A stretch of 64,000 nt of DNA, from positions 28,768,001 through 28,832,000 of the forward strand of contig OZ024743.1 in assembly GCA_964016885.1 (NCBI GenBank), written 5' to 3'. Position 1 is the first letter of the stretch. The number at the start of each line of letters is the position of its first letter. This document shows, in pieces, positions 41,924 through 55,590 of the stretch. The DNA is from Eledone cirrhosa (lineage: Eukaryota). Under the pieces are notes generated by a model. The model did not search any database. It was not told the origin of the DNA and saw nothing but the letters and a program-made list of their open reading frames with translations. A program made the translations under genes and the position numbers.

Positions 41924-42445
41924 TCCATTGTCATGATCAAACCGCCACCCTCCTTCAAAAACGAAGGAGGGGCGGTTTTCCTTTGTGTGAAAGCTATGGC
42001 GAAAGAGGTTGTATGGTGGACGAGGTTAAAAGGGCTGAGGTCAGACACCTTTCTCTCCGGCCAACAACTGATTCTTTTTTCAAATACCACTTTGGAAGAA
42101 GAATCAGGATGGAGAGAGAGGTGCTGCACGCCAGCAAGTTTTATGAAAGGTGGGTGAAAGTGGCGAGAATGGCCCGAGTGAATGGGCCTTCTCTTTATAT
42201 CAGCCTATAGGTTGAGGAAAAAGAGGAAGAGAGGAAAGGGGTACAAACTCTTCGTACTCCTGGAGATGAGGGATGCACATTTTTTCGGGGTTATGTGTTA
42301 CCCATATGAAATGTCCCCCCCTATTGGGGAAAATCGATTAATTTTTAAATTGCATTTGTGATAGTATTTTACACGTTTTTATTGTATGTAAACTTCTTCT
42401 TTTGTATTTGTCCCCTTTTTTGTGCCCCTGTGGCTAATAAAGAAA
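41924..42445 (+). mobile_element. L1/Tx1-like LINE 3' end, copy 2 (tandem, diverged)
   Basis: Colinear with copy 1, with the same tggctaataaagaaa end followed by TCTA repeats. Confidence 0.6.
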
Positions 42446-42630
42446 CATATCTATCTATCTATTAATCTACACACACACACTCACAAATTAACTGCTATTT
42501 CTAATAAGTTGCACGACCATCTAGAAAATCCACCTTCCTGTATGTTTGTATCTATGTATGTATGGTTGTATGTATGTATGTATGTATGTATGTATGTATG
42601 TATGTATGTATGTATGTATGTTTGTATGTT

Positions 42631-42661
<31 letters not shown>

Positions 42662-42665
<4 letters not shown>

Positions 42666-44335
42666 TCTCTTTCTCTTAATCTTGAGTTTATATTTGACCG
42701 GCCACCTTCCCGGTGACAGGATTGTAAAGAAAAGGAAATTACTGTCGTCTCTTATGTAAGCGTTCATACATTGAATCGTACAAATCTCTCTATATAAAAC
42801 TGAGGATGTCTGTCTGTGTGTGTATGAGTTTGAATCCCTAAAACTCAAGAAGCACCAAACCGACTGTTTTCAAACTTTTCACGTGTAATACTTGTTTCAG
42901 GGAGTGTTCTGAGCAAAAAGAATTTCAAATGTTCAATGCCCTAGGGACCGCATTAGGCGATTTAGCAATCTCTCTCTATAATTTTTAGTCTTTCCCTTTT
43001 TAGATAGATACATACATATAACGTCGCGCCCTTATAATATCTGTCTGTATGTCTGCTATCTGCATTACGTCACTTCCCTGAGGATGTCTGTCTGTGTGTG
43101 TCTGTCTGTGAGTTTGAATCCCTAAAACTCGAGAAGTACCCAACCGAATTTTTTCAAACTTTATATGTGTATTACTTATGTTTCAGGGAGTGCTACGCAC
43201 TTAAATTCAACTTTTTGATCTCCTAGGGCCCGCATTAGGTGAAAAACTGCGTTTTTTTCAGATTTTTAGGGGGTTTTTTAGGCGTTACATCAGACCGATT
43301 TCCTTGAAATTGTAAATATGTATTAGTCAGTCTCTTCTTCATACCGTGAGCAAAGAAAATCCCACTTTTTTTTATAGCCTAGGGCCCGCATTAGGTGAAA
43401 AACATCATTTATTCAGCTTTTTAGGGCTTTTTTGAGGCGTTACGTCTAGCCGATTTTCCCGAAATTTCAAGGCATATTATGCACATTAAAAAAATTCATT
43501 TTCTTGATCCCCTACGATCTTGATCTCCTAGTATTAGGTGAAAATCTGCCTTGTTCCTGCTTCATCAAGGAAAATCTTAAAGATTATCCAGCTATCAGAC
43601 TATTCAGTTTATTTTCTTTACATATTGTCCAGGCATGCAGTTTTTCCACGATTAGGTCTGTTGGCGGCCCACGTTCCAAAATACCTTATCCCGTGCAACG
43701 CCGGGTACCACTGCTAATGTTTTATAAATTTTGAAAGTGCCATATATCGCGGTCGTTTGTAGCTTAGGAATTTGCTCACCATACGGATTAATAGGCAAAG
43801 TTATAAACTATTGTAAATAAATAATTATTGTGGCTTGCGCTTAGGAATTAAAGAGCGACGTTCTTTCTAAACAAACCTGAGCTCAGCTATAATTTTGGTA
43901 TATAACCTGACATGTTGGTATATAACCAGACATGTTGGTATATAACCTGTAGCTCCAAAAATAATGGGTATGAATCTGAATGTGTATCTTGGATACTAGA
44001 TCTGCAAATGCCTCCTCAATGGTCCGTAGATATCTTCCTTCTCTTGTTTTCTTACCACATTGACATTAAGTGGGCAACTGAGCATGTTTTTAATATGTGG
44101 TCCCAAACAATAATATAAGGCCGGTTGTGCTTTAATTTGATGTTAGTTTTAATGTGTAGGTTAACCAGTATTCATTTGAATCATCAGTCACACTTATTTG
44201 ATTTGATTTTCGTCTTCCCTAATGCTCCCAGATCATTCTAGCTATCACATCACGCTTCACGAGTAAATAGTAACGCGAAGACATTCTTTCATATATGGCA
44301 ATAATCTTCAATTTTTGTTTAGCACATCCTATATT
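42662..44335 (-). mobile_element. Degenerate copy of the 15781-17130 Dong family, interrupted by a Helitron-like insert
   Basis: 3' UTR ggaaggtggccggtcaaa..ctcaagattaagagaaagaga matches 17070-17128. KHNRP, CPLNVN and IIFGATG pieces at 43.9-44.2 kb. Confidence 0.75.
42785..43717 (+). mobile_element. Non-autonomous Helitron-like element with internal duplications
   Basis: a|TC start and cccgtgcaacgccggg hairpin + CTAA|t end. Related to 11482-12121. Confidence 0.7.
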
Positions 44336-44339
44336 CCTC

Positions 44340-45135
44340 CGAAGGCTTTTAGAATAACGTTACTTGATAAGGAGCGTAGCTCGGAGATCAGAGAGTCACT
44401 CCATGTAGAGCCGTTACTTCTCCGAATCGAGAGATCACAGCTCCGATACTAAGGGCATGTAGTTAGAATGCTTCAGGAAAGAATTGTTGGACAGATTTTA
44501 CGAGCAACACTACCGGCAGATGAACCAAGGACAGACCCCGATCAAGATGATTGGATAACATCCTGCAAGATGGTAGGATAACATCCTGTAGAACTTCCAC
44601 AGTAGAACCCAATATATGCCTTTTCGAGGTCTACAAAATAAGAATATACCATATGACAATACTCCCACGATTTCTCGAATGAGTATGGGATCAATGGTCA
44701 GCTTCTTGAGGCCCTGATGTCTTTATACGAATGCCAGAATATTTGTGTTCGGATAAATGGTGCTAAATCGAAACCATTCAATGTGGGAGTCGGACTCTAT
44801 CAAGGGTGAGTACTGTCCCCTCTTTTGTTCATTATTTTTATGAATAGGATTGACATGCGCAGCCGGGCTGGAAGTCGTATCACGACTGCGGATGTAAAAT
44901 CAGCCGGGTAGAATTTGCAGACGACAGAAAGTGATATCCGACGTGCACTTAATAAGTTTGATGCCGATGCTGCATGGTTGGAATGAAAATGAGTGCTGCC
45001 AAGGCTTTGACACCCGTCCTCTCAATAAAGCCTGCGCAGTGCACTCTATATGTTTATGGAGTGCCACTGAAGCAAATGAAGAAGTTCAAGTGTCTCGGGG
45101 CCGTGTTCACGACTGATGGAAGGCACAAGGCTGAA
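44340..45135 (+). mobile_element. Rearranged RTE fragments
   Basis: LRIERSQLR..GHVVRM and VGL.QG.VLSPLLFIIFM pieces. Confidence 0.7.
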
Positions 45136-45430
45136 TTAAATGCCCTAGAACACACTTTATAAAAATATATAATGATATATAACGAAATATAAGCTCTGAA
45201 GATATAACAAGGTTGTGATATCATTAAATCAATATGTTTTTCAAAATGTATTAAAATTTAATAAAGTAACAATGACAATCCTCATTCCCATTCTAGATAC
45301 AATATGGAACTGAAGTCGATAAAAGCTTCTTTATATAGTGTTGAAAACACGATCCTGAGTAAAATCCTTCCATGTGAAATATTTAAAGAATGCTTTAACA
45401 TTCTATAGTACAGGGCATGTAATTTCTCTC

Positions 45431-45476
<46 letters not shown>

Positions 45477-45625
45477 GCTCTCTCTCACACCACACACACA
45501 CACACACACACTCACACAGAGGCGCACAGATACATACGTATAGACATATATACGTACATATATATTCATACAGGTATACATGTGCATATATACAACAAGC
45601 ACACACACACATATCGCTCTCTCTG

Positions 45626-45700
<75 letters not shown>

Positions 45701-45844
45701 ATGCTTTGGGAGGGTCATGTTGCCAATAAGAAACACAACCACCAGTTGCTTTCACTTCAATTTATTATAAATTAAATTTATAAATTTAGGAATTTATAAA
45801 TTTCCGGTTGGTTGATTGGTTGCACAATTATGTTGGTTCCACAT

Positions 45845-46290
45845 ATTAAGATAGTAGAAAGACCAGGTACCTCCATAAAAACACTTATTAGCAATACATA
45901 CCCTTTTCAAAGACCTCCCTGTATAGATAAGAAATGTATAATCTGTAAACTAAGCCCCCATATTAACTGTAAAACTAGAAATGTAGTATATAGCATAAGA
46001 TGTACTGAAGGACAATGTAGAGATAAGAATATAGTGTACATAGGGGAGACAGCTCGTAGTGTAGGGGAACGGATAAATGAACACTGGCGAGAGCTTCAAG
46101 ATAGTAAAGAATCATCTGTACTCCACCAACATGCTAAAATAGAAAATAAGGGTAAATTAGAGAACATAGAAATAAAAATAGAATCTACACACAGAAAAGA
46201 CGCAATGTTTAGACAAATCACAGAGGCATTAAACATAAATGAACTCCAACCAAATTAAATAGAAAACATGAATGGAACAGCAACATCACA
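45845..46290 (+). pseudogene. PLE GIY-YIG endonuclease domain with upstream C-x4-C-x2-C linker (Neptune-like)
   Basis: CIDKKCIIC..NVVYSIRC..VYIGETARSVGERINEH..RQITEAL, then a stop before NRKHEW. Confidence 0.85.
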
Positions 46291-46491
46291 ACTTACAATT
46301 AAGGACAAAATGAAAACACACACACACATAGAACAAACAACCAACCAGTAACATGTTAATAAACAAATAAATAAACACACACAGACACCCGGATGTAACA
46401 CATGCTCAAACTAAGCACACAACACACACAAAAACAAGGTGGTGTAGGACAGAACAAAGGAGAGGCACAAAAACAAAGAAAAGAATCCCCA

Positions 46492-46534
46492 GTCACTGAA
46501 GAGGTCACAGAATGTGTGACGAAAGAACTTTGAC
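46492..46534 (+). ncRNA. Minimal type I hammerhead ribozyme
   Basis: GTCA-CTGAAGA-gGTCACAgaatgTGTGAC-GAAA-GAAC-TT-TGAC. Confidence 0.75.
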
Positions 46535-47018
46535 AATATATGAACAATCGTCTGGTTGTGGAACCAACCAACCAACCAACTGGAAATTTATAAATTCCTA
46601 AATTTATAAATTTAATTTATAATAAATTGAAGTGAAAGCAGCTGGTGCGCGTGTTTCTTATTGGCAACATGACCCTCCCAAAGCATAACAATATCGGTTT
46701 CAACACACGTTTTCAGGTAAAGAATCTTGCTAAACAAATTCAGAAACGAAATATATATCTATCTATCTATATATATATATATATATATATACGGGGTAAC
46801 AAATAATTGTTATATGCAGTCCACTGAGGTGTAGTCCAGTTATGGTACTCCGGATAGTGGATGATATCAACGCTTGGCTAAGTTTGACTCAACAAGGCGT
46901 TTCCATAGTGATGCTGCGAGTACGTTGTAATTCCTATGTTGTAAACACTTGAAGTAATAATAAATCAGGAAAGAAGAGTGACACGGTTTGCTATACAAAA
47001 AAGGTTTTTAATCTCATT

Positions 47019-47124
47019 GCTGACAATTGTTTCTCTGAACTGGTAGGTCTAGAGATCGCTATCCGCATATTTTCACGTTAATCGATCGCCAATACAAAGT
47101 TATAACCAGTCAGTTCATCGGAGC
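47019..47124 (-). ncRNA. Hammerhead ribozyme variant, 81-nt stem II region, CCGAUGA core
   Basis: GCT-CCGATGA-aCTGACTGGT...ACCAGTTCAGa-GAAAC-AATT-GTC-AGC. Confidence 0.65.
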
Positions 47125-47947
47125 TTGCGAGAATGAAGAGAATATACAGGCATGAAAAGAATATACAGGCTACTATATGCAGAAGTAATGGCATTCAGTT
47201 AGAACAATAACAACAATATCAACAATCCTAGCAATAAATTATTTGAAATAATCACAACATCAATCTAGGTGGGAAGTATAGTATATCTATGATTTTAGCG
47301 TATAAAACTAGCTGACATGAGGCAGATGTATAAAATTGACATGTAAAAACTGTCGTAGGGTGTATTATATTAAGTGTAAAGATAAGCTGGTGTTTTTAAA
47401 CAATGTAGGTCAGGTGGCCGTAATAGTCGGTTTTTATCTGACCGATGAAGGATGTATCACTGTAGTGGAATTTGTGTGGTCTATATTAGATGAGAGGGCT
47501 GTCTTTCTTTCTCATCCTCAATAACATACATGTATAAGACAACACTAACAAAGCTAAATAATGGGCAAGTTAATACAGAGGTTAAGGAGGCAATATATAT
47601 ATATATACATATATATACACACACACATGCACACAAACATATATATATATATATACACACACACATACATATACATACATACATACAAAGAGAAAACATG
47701 CTGACTATAATTATAGCAAGAGGAAGGTAAAGTTCTGTTGTAATAGTATTTTGAAATGTTCTTGGATTTAGGATCAAGTGCTGACAGCAGCTGAGAAGAG
47801 ATAAGTTTATGGGTTGATGAGGTACTTACAGACATTTGTGTGGTATAGAATTAAGAAGGCTAGAATGTACTTAATGATTATATTTCTGTGGTGATTCGTG
47901 CAGAGTAGTGGGTATCCTAGTTGAAAGCCATGTTACGTCGGTTCGAT

Positions 47948-48873
47948 TCACGGAGGTTTAAATCTTATGAATTTAGTGGCGATCCTGTGTCTGCGGAAGA
48001 TAGATCTTTCTAACTTGTTGTTAAGTAGCCTTTTTAGATTTCTAAGGATATACAGTAGTTCTAGATCACATAGCCTACAGTGGGACATACCTGTACTGTT
48101 GGTTTTCGCAGCCGACAACCTCGACCAGTTGATACTGTAGCTAGTGTTGTTGTTCTTCAGTTCCCATATTTTTTTGGCGAGGGTTGTAGAACCCATAAGT
48201 GCACGATTTTTCATCGAGTGTCTGTGCACATACCATCTTTTTTTAAAAGTACCCGCGGTGGATCCAATGTAATGCCAAGTGGAGTCGTCTGAGTTGACCG
48301 TACACATGTACACTAGGCTCTAATCGAGGCATCTATTCGCCAATGGGCACCTATCCGGTAGGTGACAATTACAGTTTGAGGTGTTATTTCGTGCAGCTTC
48401 TACACTGCTGTTTAGTACTCTGCTATAAGTGGGTTGTGATTCATGCCCGTTGGGGTTTTGCTGCTGCGCGCTTGTATGTGCTTGCGGTTGTGATACTGTG
48501 ATGTGTTTATGCTTATAATTTGGTGCTATGTTTCGCATATGTGGGGCTGATTCCCTAGAGATATTTCTGTGGTTGATCTTGCGTATGTGCGATTCTATAT
48601 TTGCTGCCGTAGAGTATGAGAGTTTTATAGTATTTCTATTGAGTATTTTATGATATCTATGTGCAATAGGGAAGTGTTTATCTATTAGTTTAAAGAATGT
48701 AGAGGGCAGTCTGGTTTTTACAGAGGAGTTGAAGATTGGGTTGAACCATAGGTATTTTCTTTCTCTGATTCTTCTATTGTTTCTTGGGTTTACGTTATTA
48801 GTGTTTTGACCGTTCACTCTAGGTGCTACGTGCCTAACCCTATGTCTAGTCCAGTTACCTCTATTTGTGTGTG
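47948..48873 (-). pseudogene. PLE C-terminal linker + GIY-YIG endonuclease, one in-frame TAG
   Basis: LWFNPIF..LIDKHFP..NRNTIKLSYS, CNC-x5-CPL-x3-C, LVY..YIGST..FKKRW..H, CRLCDLE. ORFs 48320-48817 and 47948-48313 are in the same frame. Confidence 0.9.
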
Positions 48874-49622
48874 AGCCTTCTTAGTTCTATACCATACTAA
48901 TGTCTGTAAGTACCTCATCAACCCATAAACTTATCTCTTCTCAGCTGCTGTCAGCACTTGATCCTAAATCCAAGAACATTTCAAAATACTACTACAACAG
49001 AACTTTACCTTCCTCTTGCTATAATTATAGTCAGCATGTTTTCTCTTTGTATGTATGTATGTATGTATATGTATGTGTGTGTATATATATATATAGATAT
49101 ATATATTTGTGTGCATGTGTGTGTGTATATATATGTATATATATATATATATATTGCCTCCTTAACCTCTGTATTAACTTGCCCATTATTTAGCTTTGTT
49201 AGTGTTGTCTTATACATGTATGTTATTGAGGATGAGAAAGAAAGACAGCCCTCTCATCTAATATAGACCACACAAATTCCACTACAGTGATAAATCCTTC
49301 ATCGGTTAGATAAAAACCGATTATTACGGCCACCTGACCTACATTGTTTAAAAACATCAGCTTATCTTTACACTTAATATAATACACCCTACGACAGTTT
49401 TTACATGTCAATTTTATACATCTGCCTCATGTCAGCTAGTTTTACACGCTAAAATCATCGATATACTATACTTCCCACCTAGATTGATGTTGTGATTATT
49501 TCAAATAATTTATTGCTAGGATTGTTGATATTGTTGTTATTGTTCTGATTGAATGCCATTACTTCTGCATATAGTAGCCTGTATATTCTTTTCATGCCTG
49601 TATATTCTCTTCATTCTCGCAA

Positions 49623-49728
49623 GCTCCGATGAACTGACTAGTTATAACTTTGTATTGGCGATCGAGTAACGTGAAAATAAGCGGATAGCGATCTCTAGAC
49701 CTACCAGTTCAGAGAAACAATTGTCAGC
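49623..49728 (+). ncRNA. Mirror copy of the 47019-47124 HHR variant
   Basis: Same motif in the right arm. Confidence 0.65.
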
Positions 49729-50587
49729 AATGAGATTAAAAAACCTTTTTTTGTATAGCAAACCGTGTCACTCTTCTTTCCTGATTTATTATATATATAT
49801 ACACATAGGTACACACACACATATATATATATACACACAGACACACACACACAACACACACACATGTGTTTGTGTTTGTCTACATATGTTTATTATTGTG
49901 TTATATAACATTTTTCCTTTTCATGTTTTATCGAAAAGGAAAAGGCATATGATTTGTTTTCCACTTGCCCACAAATGAAATCACATCAAATAAAATACAC
50001 AATCAGAGAATATATCGTTCAGAATAATCGATTGTTGTTAAAATACTGCATGTGTATCTGAATAAGAACAGCCACCATCTTCTGAACGCTGCGATATCAT
50101 AAAATTTGAATCTCAAACGATAAATCGCCATTATTATTATTTTCACTCTTAATATCCATCCGGTGACAGCTTTCGTCCGTTAGAATCTTTTTCATATTTT
50201 TGATTGGTGAATTTACTTTCGTTTCTGATTCATATTTCGTCTTGATCAAATACCATAATGCTATTGTTCGTCTGAGATACATTAAGAAGGAGTTATTGAG
50301 CAATCCAATACCGATATTATTCTAATAAATTTACAATAAGCTATCTCCAGGCTACGTGAGATATCTTGCTCTTTTTACATGGTCGTAGTTTGCAATTATC
50401 GATATATATATTGATTGATATGTCTGTCAATGCATTTCACTGTTTAATGTATCATACAGAGCTAGATCTTGTCTAATACAAGTATAACATCTTGGCAGTA
50501 GAATGATATTGCTTTCTTACATATTGACGCAAGGTGGATTTTGGAATAACATAGTAGATACCTGCACACACATATACATACACAAGT

Positions 50588-50697
<110 letters not shown>

Positions 50698-50909
50698 GTA
50701 CATATGTAATAATAATACATTTGAAAACTAAAATCCAAATAGGGCTCGATAAGGATAAATATATATCAAATATATAAAAACCCTGAGCAAATATCTATTA
50801 AAATAACAGATTAAATTTTAACCAATGAATCGCTGCTTTCACCCAGAGATTCTTTGCTTAAACTTTAATCTGTTATTTTAATAAACATGTATATATGTAT
50901 GTATGTATG

Positions 50910-50996
<87 letters not shown>

Positions 50997-51000
<4 letters not shown>

Positions 51001-51170
51001 CGAAGTGAGTGTGGTAAAGAACCAGGTGGATCATAATGCACCAGTCTACTCGATACTTAGGGTAGTAGAATGGGTAATAGGAAAAGAGTCAGGACCCCGA
51101 CGGCTGAGCTCCGACCGAAAGGATGTAGCTGTCGAAACGGCCGGAGTTCAGCCGTCTGGGTCCTGACTCT

Positions 51171-51175
<5 letters not shown>
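50997..51175 (-). mobile_element. Fold-back module, family D
   Basis: Tail homologous to 23750-23828, gagtcaggaccc../..gggtcctgactc arms, TA flanks. Confidence 0.8.
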
Positions 51176-51224
<49 letters not shown>

Positions 51225-51451
51225 GTGAGGTTTTTTTTACAAAATGAAAAATAACCGAGGTGTCCTACACGAGTGAAAGTATAAAGAAAAAGAGATGAAA
51301 TCGAAAATGCAACTGAAGTCTTATTTTTTTTTTTTTTTTTTTTTTAAATATATATATTTATTTGGTTCCTTTACCGGTTTCGCAGTTCTTCTGCTTTTCA
51401 AAAGGTGAGTTGAGATGGAGGGTCTGTGGTTTTTCTCACATATACACATAC

Positions 51452-51805
51452 ATAGTGGCTGCCAACTCGTTTTCGAGTACGGCCACTACTTTATATCCAT
51501 GTAGGAGAACCCCTACCGATGCGCTGAACGAGTGTTACTTTTTAGTCCAGCCAGCGACTTGAAAACTCTGGTACAAACACTACACTTGTGACAATTATTG
51601 ACACATAGTGCTGGGCCCATGGTACCATGTGACGACAAGTGCAGAGAGATCTCCAGATATAAAGCAATGCCTGTGCCGTGAAGTTTTTATAGTGAGCAAA
51701 GGCACTGCACAAAGCCAGTCCCACTCTCTTAACCAAGATGATATTTACCAAAAAGAAGAACAAGTCAACATCATTGGATACCATCAGGGTTGCAGATGTT
51801 GTATC
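51452..51805 (-). mobile_element. Family C retroposon, truncated
   Basis: Matches 18917-19265. Confidence 0.8.
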
Positions 51806-51849
51806 ATATGTATGTATGTATGTATATGTATGTATAGATGTATGTATAT

Positions 51850-54190
51850 ATACAAACATATTGTTATACTTTGGGGTGGGAGCCATGCTGACAATAAAAA
51901 CACATGCATCGGTTTCGTTTCACTTCAGTTTTATTATTAAGTAGGAAACTAATCCATATCCTGGTTAATCTAGCGACCCTTTCGCACTATGGAACAACCA
52001 CCGTGAAAGTCTAGCTGAGGACATCCTCCACCGCACACGCAGACAAAATTCAAACGTAATATACGATGTCTTTTCAATGAGGCGCTCATTTGTCTTGAAA
52101 ACAGTGTCCTGGAGATTGGTGGTAGGCCTCTAAGTCACTACAGCTTACCTGCTCCTGACAGGAGTGTCCAGAGGTCAACGTCTACAGAGTTTCTCCGCGA
52201 GAAGAGCTACGAAATCCGTGATTCTCCCATGGTCAATTGTATGTAGGATGCTCTAGGATGAGCTCGCCAACAATCTCTTCATCTTTGCTCCTGAGGGCCG
52301 AACAAAAAATATTGTATACTCTGAGGCTCTAACAATGTAATTTAAATATTTTCTTTTACTTGTAATTTTCATTATGGTTGTACAAATTATTGTTTGTTAA
52401 AAAATGTGTTCTCTGTTCAGACTTTATTGTTGTAACTATCAATTTTCTTTAACGTACTGGCTGCTGAACTGGGGAATCCTAAAACTATTCAAACCCAACA
52501 TCAGAGCAAGTTAACCCCCCCCCCCCCCCTCATCGCTGACTTGAGAAGGTGTGCGGTATTTTTGTACTCGAGTGTAGGGGGGGATTCATGAAAAAATAAA
52601 ATGCCGGTATACCTAGCCGGACGCCTACCGGATGGGCCACATAGTATATATATAAAGTTGTAGTTTCTGTTTGTTTGTTTGTTTGTTCACGAACTTTTTC
52701 TATGGTTGTGGAGATAGACCCCATAACCATATATATTCCGAAACCACATTGCCCAGGGTACTTGGATAAGTATATTTCATTTTAATCAAAGTGTTCCACG
52801 GGGTCACAAACCCCCGCTGAAACTATTTTCCCTTCGATTTCTATGAAATTTAAACCATAGGTAAATGACAAGATATGATGCCTATTCAAAAAAGTTTTGA
52901 ATTGATATTTTGAAAAAAATTATTTACAAGTAACAACATAAGAATAAGATTTAATAATGTCATTTTGATTTGATATATTACAAAAAATAATGTTTTCCAA
53001 TTTTCCATGCATTACATTTTACATTGAGTAATATTAAAATGCAGAATTTTTCTCCATAAATTATATCACTGATTTAAAATCAATCATCATTTTCGTACCA
53101 ATAGAATGTGTGAAACGCAGCAAGGCGCGGGTAATTCGGTTAGTATATATATATAAAGTTGTAGTTCCTGTCTGTGTGTTTGTTTGTTTGTTCACGAACT
53201 CCTCCTATGATTTTGAAGATAGACACCCATAACCATATATATTCTGAAGCTACATCGCCTAGGAAACTTAGATAAGTATATTTCATTTTAATCAAAAGGT
53301 TCTGCGGGGGCACAAACCCCCGTTGAAAACCCCCGCTAAAAATTATTTCCTTTCGACGTATATGAAATTTAAACCATAGGTAAATGACAAGATATGATGC
53401 CTATTCCCAAAATTTCAGCAAATTTCAATAATATTAAGATACCCTAATGGGAGTTAAACACCCCTATTGCATGAGAACTTGATTGAAACAACTATTATAT
53501 TCGGGGCTTACAAAAGTCAAGCTCTTCTCATTCTGAGGATTCCACTTATTCCAAGTGAAAGCGAGTTGTCTTTTACATTTAAGAGGCTGCAGTTCCCAGT
53601 GAGGCCATGCTTTGCCATGACCATCAATAAGAGTCAAGGTCAAACTTTCAAAACTATTGGTATAGATCTGACAAACCCATGTTTCAGTCATGGCATGTTT
53701 TATGTGGCTGTTTCAAGAACTGGAACTTCAAAAATTCTCTACATTTTAGCCAATCAAAGAAAGACAAGAACTGTTGTTTACTCTGAAGTTCTTCATTAGG
53801 ACAAAGTATGAAATATATTTTCATGTATTTAATATGTTAAAAAATAAATAATTAAACTTTGAATTTCTAATTTGAAAATAATGCTTTACACAAAAATAAA
53901 ACGATCAAGTTTTGAATTGATATTTTGAAAAACAATAAAGTACCAGTAATACACTGGGTAATTGCTGGCCTTGTGCGAAAAGTAGAAACAATTATTTACA
54001 AGAAACAAAATAAGAATAAGATTTAATAGTGTAATCTTGATTTGATATATAAAAATGTTTTCGAATTTTTCATGCATTACATTTTACATTGAGTAATATT
54101 GAAATTCGGAGTTTTCCTCCATAAATTATATCACTGATTTCTTACAAAAAAAATGTGTGAAACGCAGCAAGGCCCGGGTAATTCGGCTAG
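51850..54190 (+). mobile_element. Tandem Helitron cluster (units end at about 52644, 53143 and 54190)
   Basis: Helicase C-terminus HGQLYVGCSR..TKNIVYSEAL at about 52226-52335. Repeated unit start tatatatataaagttgtagtt. GC-rich subterminal motif + YTAG|t ends. Confidence 0.8.
53467..53799 (+). pseudogene. Helitron RepHel PIF1-type helicase C-terminal fragment
   Basis: RIPLIP..FKRLQFPVRPCFAMTINKSQGQT..FSHGMFYVAVSR. Confidence 0.9.
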
Positions 54191-54224
54191 TATATATATA
54201 TATTCAGACAGACAGACAGATATC

Positions 54225-54670
54225 TTGGGTAATACAAGCAACCGAAATAGGGTTCCTAATAACATTATTCTATAGAGTGGGTAGCTCGGAGATCAGAGTG
54301 TTGCTCTAGGTAGAGCCATTGCTTCTCTGAATTGAGAGATCACAGCTCCGATACTATGGACATGTGGTTAGAATGTCTCAAGAAAGAATCGTTGGACAGA
54401 TTTTACTGGCAAAACCAACTGGCAGGAGAGCCAGGGGTAGACACCGAGCAAGATGGTTGGATAACATTGATGAGCTTTGCTGGTCTCACTTGAGGATCCA
54501 GCCGGATTATTTGGAGACGGTTGCTTCTGACAGGACCTCCTGGAAGGTGTACTTGAGGACTCTGCTGCCACAACCCTCCCTATAATAAGTGGGAGAAGAA
54601 GAAGAAGAAGAAGAAGAAGAAGAAGAAGAAGAAGAAGAAGAAGAAGAAGAAGAAGAAGAAGAAGAAGAAA
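54225..54670 (+). mobile_element. RTE 3' end followed by (GAA)n
   Basis: GHVVRMSQERI..GRRARGRHRARWLDNI. Confidence 0.85.
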
Positions 54671-55036
54671 GACATTCACGACGATAACACCAGAGAAAAA
54701 GAGGGGGAGGAAGAGAAGACATATCTGTCAATCTACATATCTAACTACTTATCTATCGACCATTCAATCTACCTTACCTATATGTCGATTCATCTGTTTG
54801 TTCAGCTGTGTTTTTCTGTCCATCTATCTGTCTCTGCCTATCTACCTATCTATTTATCTCTCTCTCGCTCTTTATATATATATATATATATATATAATGG
54901 GGGGGGGGTAGAGAGGGAGAGAGAGACAGAATAATTATATGTACGTATGCATGTATGTAAATATGTATGTTTGAGCGGAAAAGATTCACGAGTAATATCA
55001 AACATTCTCGATAACACCTGCTCACAAGAACACACC

Positions 55037-55168
<132 letters not shown>

Positions 55169-55340
55169 ACACACACACATACATACATACATACCTCCGA
55201 AACTGAAGAGATTGCTATCGTTTATGTTCAATTCAACTCCCGCAAGAAAGACGCGCGAAGTGAAAGAATTTCAGAAGGGTGGACTTTCTGGGGAGGACAG
55301 ACTAGACATAGTGGCTGGTGAGAAGTCTGGAAGATTAGAC

Positions 55341-55390
<50 letters not shown>

Positions 55391-55590
55391 TATGTATACG
55401 TACATACATATATGTATACAGACGTACAATAGTATGTATATACATACATACATGCACATATATATGTACGTATGGGTTTACCGAATATTTATTATAATGC
55501 TCGGTTTGTTTGTAAACAAACAGCCCGAAATTATTAGCCGTACAGTGTTCGGCAACCGTCGTTGCCCTTTTGTTCAACGCTGACAAAGGA

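Larger units (their letters stand above)
45693..46750 (+). mobile_element. 5'-truncated Penelope-like element with inverted partial pseudo-LTR, in (TA)n
   Basis: Arms 45693-45827 and 46556-46694, GIY-YIG ORF, HHR, and about 56-nt tail. Confidence 0.9.
46790..49792 (-). mobile_element. Naiad-like Penelope element, 5'-truncated, with about 0.9-kb inverted repeat
   Basis: Arms 46957-47861 and 48874-49792 flank the ORF. About 165-nt tail and (TA)n on both sides. Confidence 0.9.

Noticed and set aside
48318-48324. Possible selenocysteine recoding in the Naiad-like ORF
   Set aside because: The stop is TAG, not at a Cys position, and no convincing SECIS was seen by eye.
55195-55280. CTGAAGA...GAAA with partial stem I
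   Set aside because: No room for stem III and a cleavage triplet.
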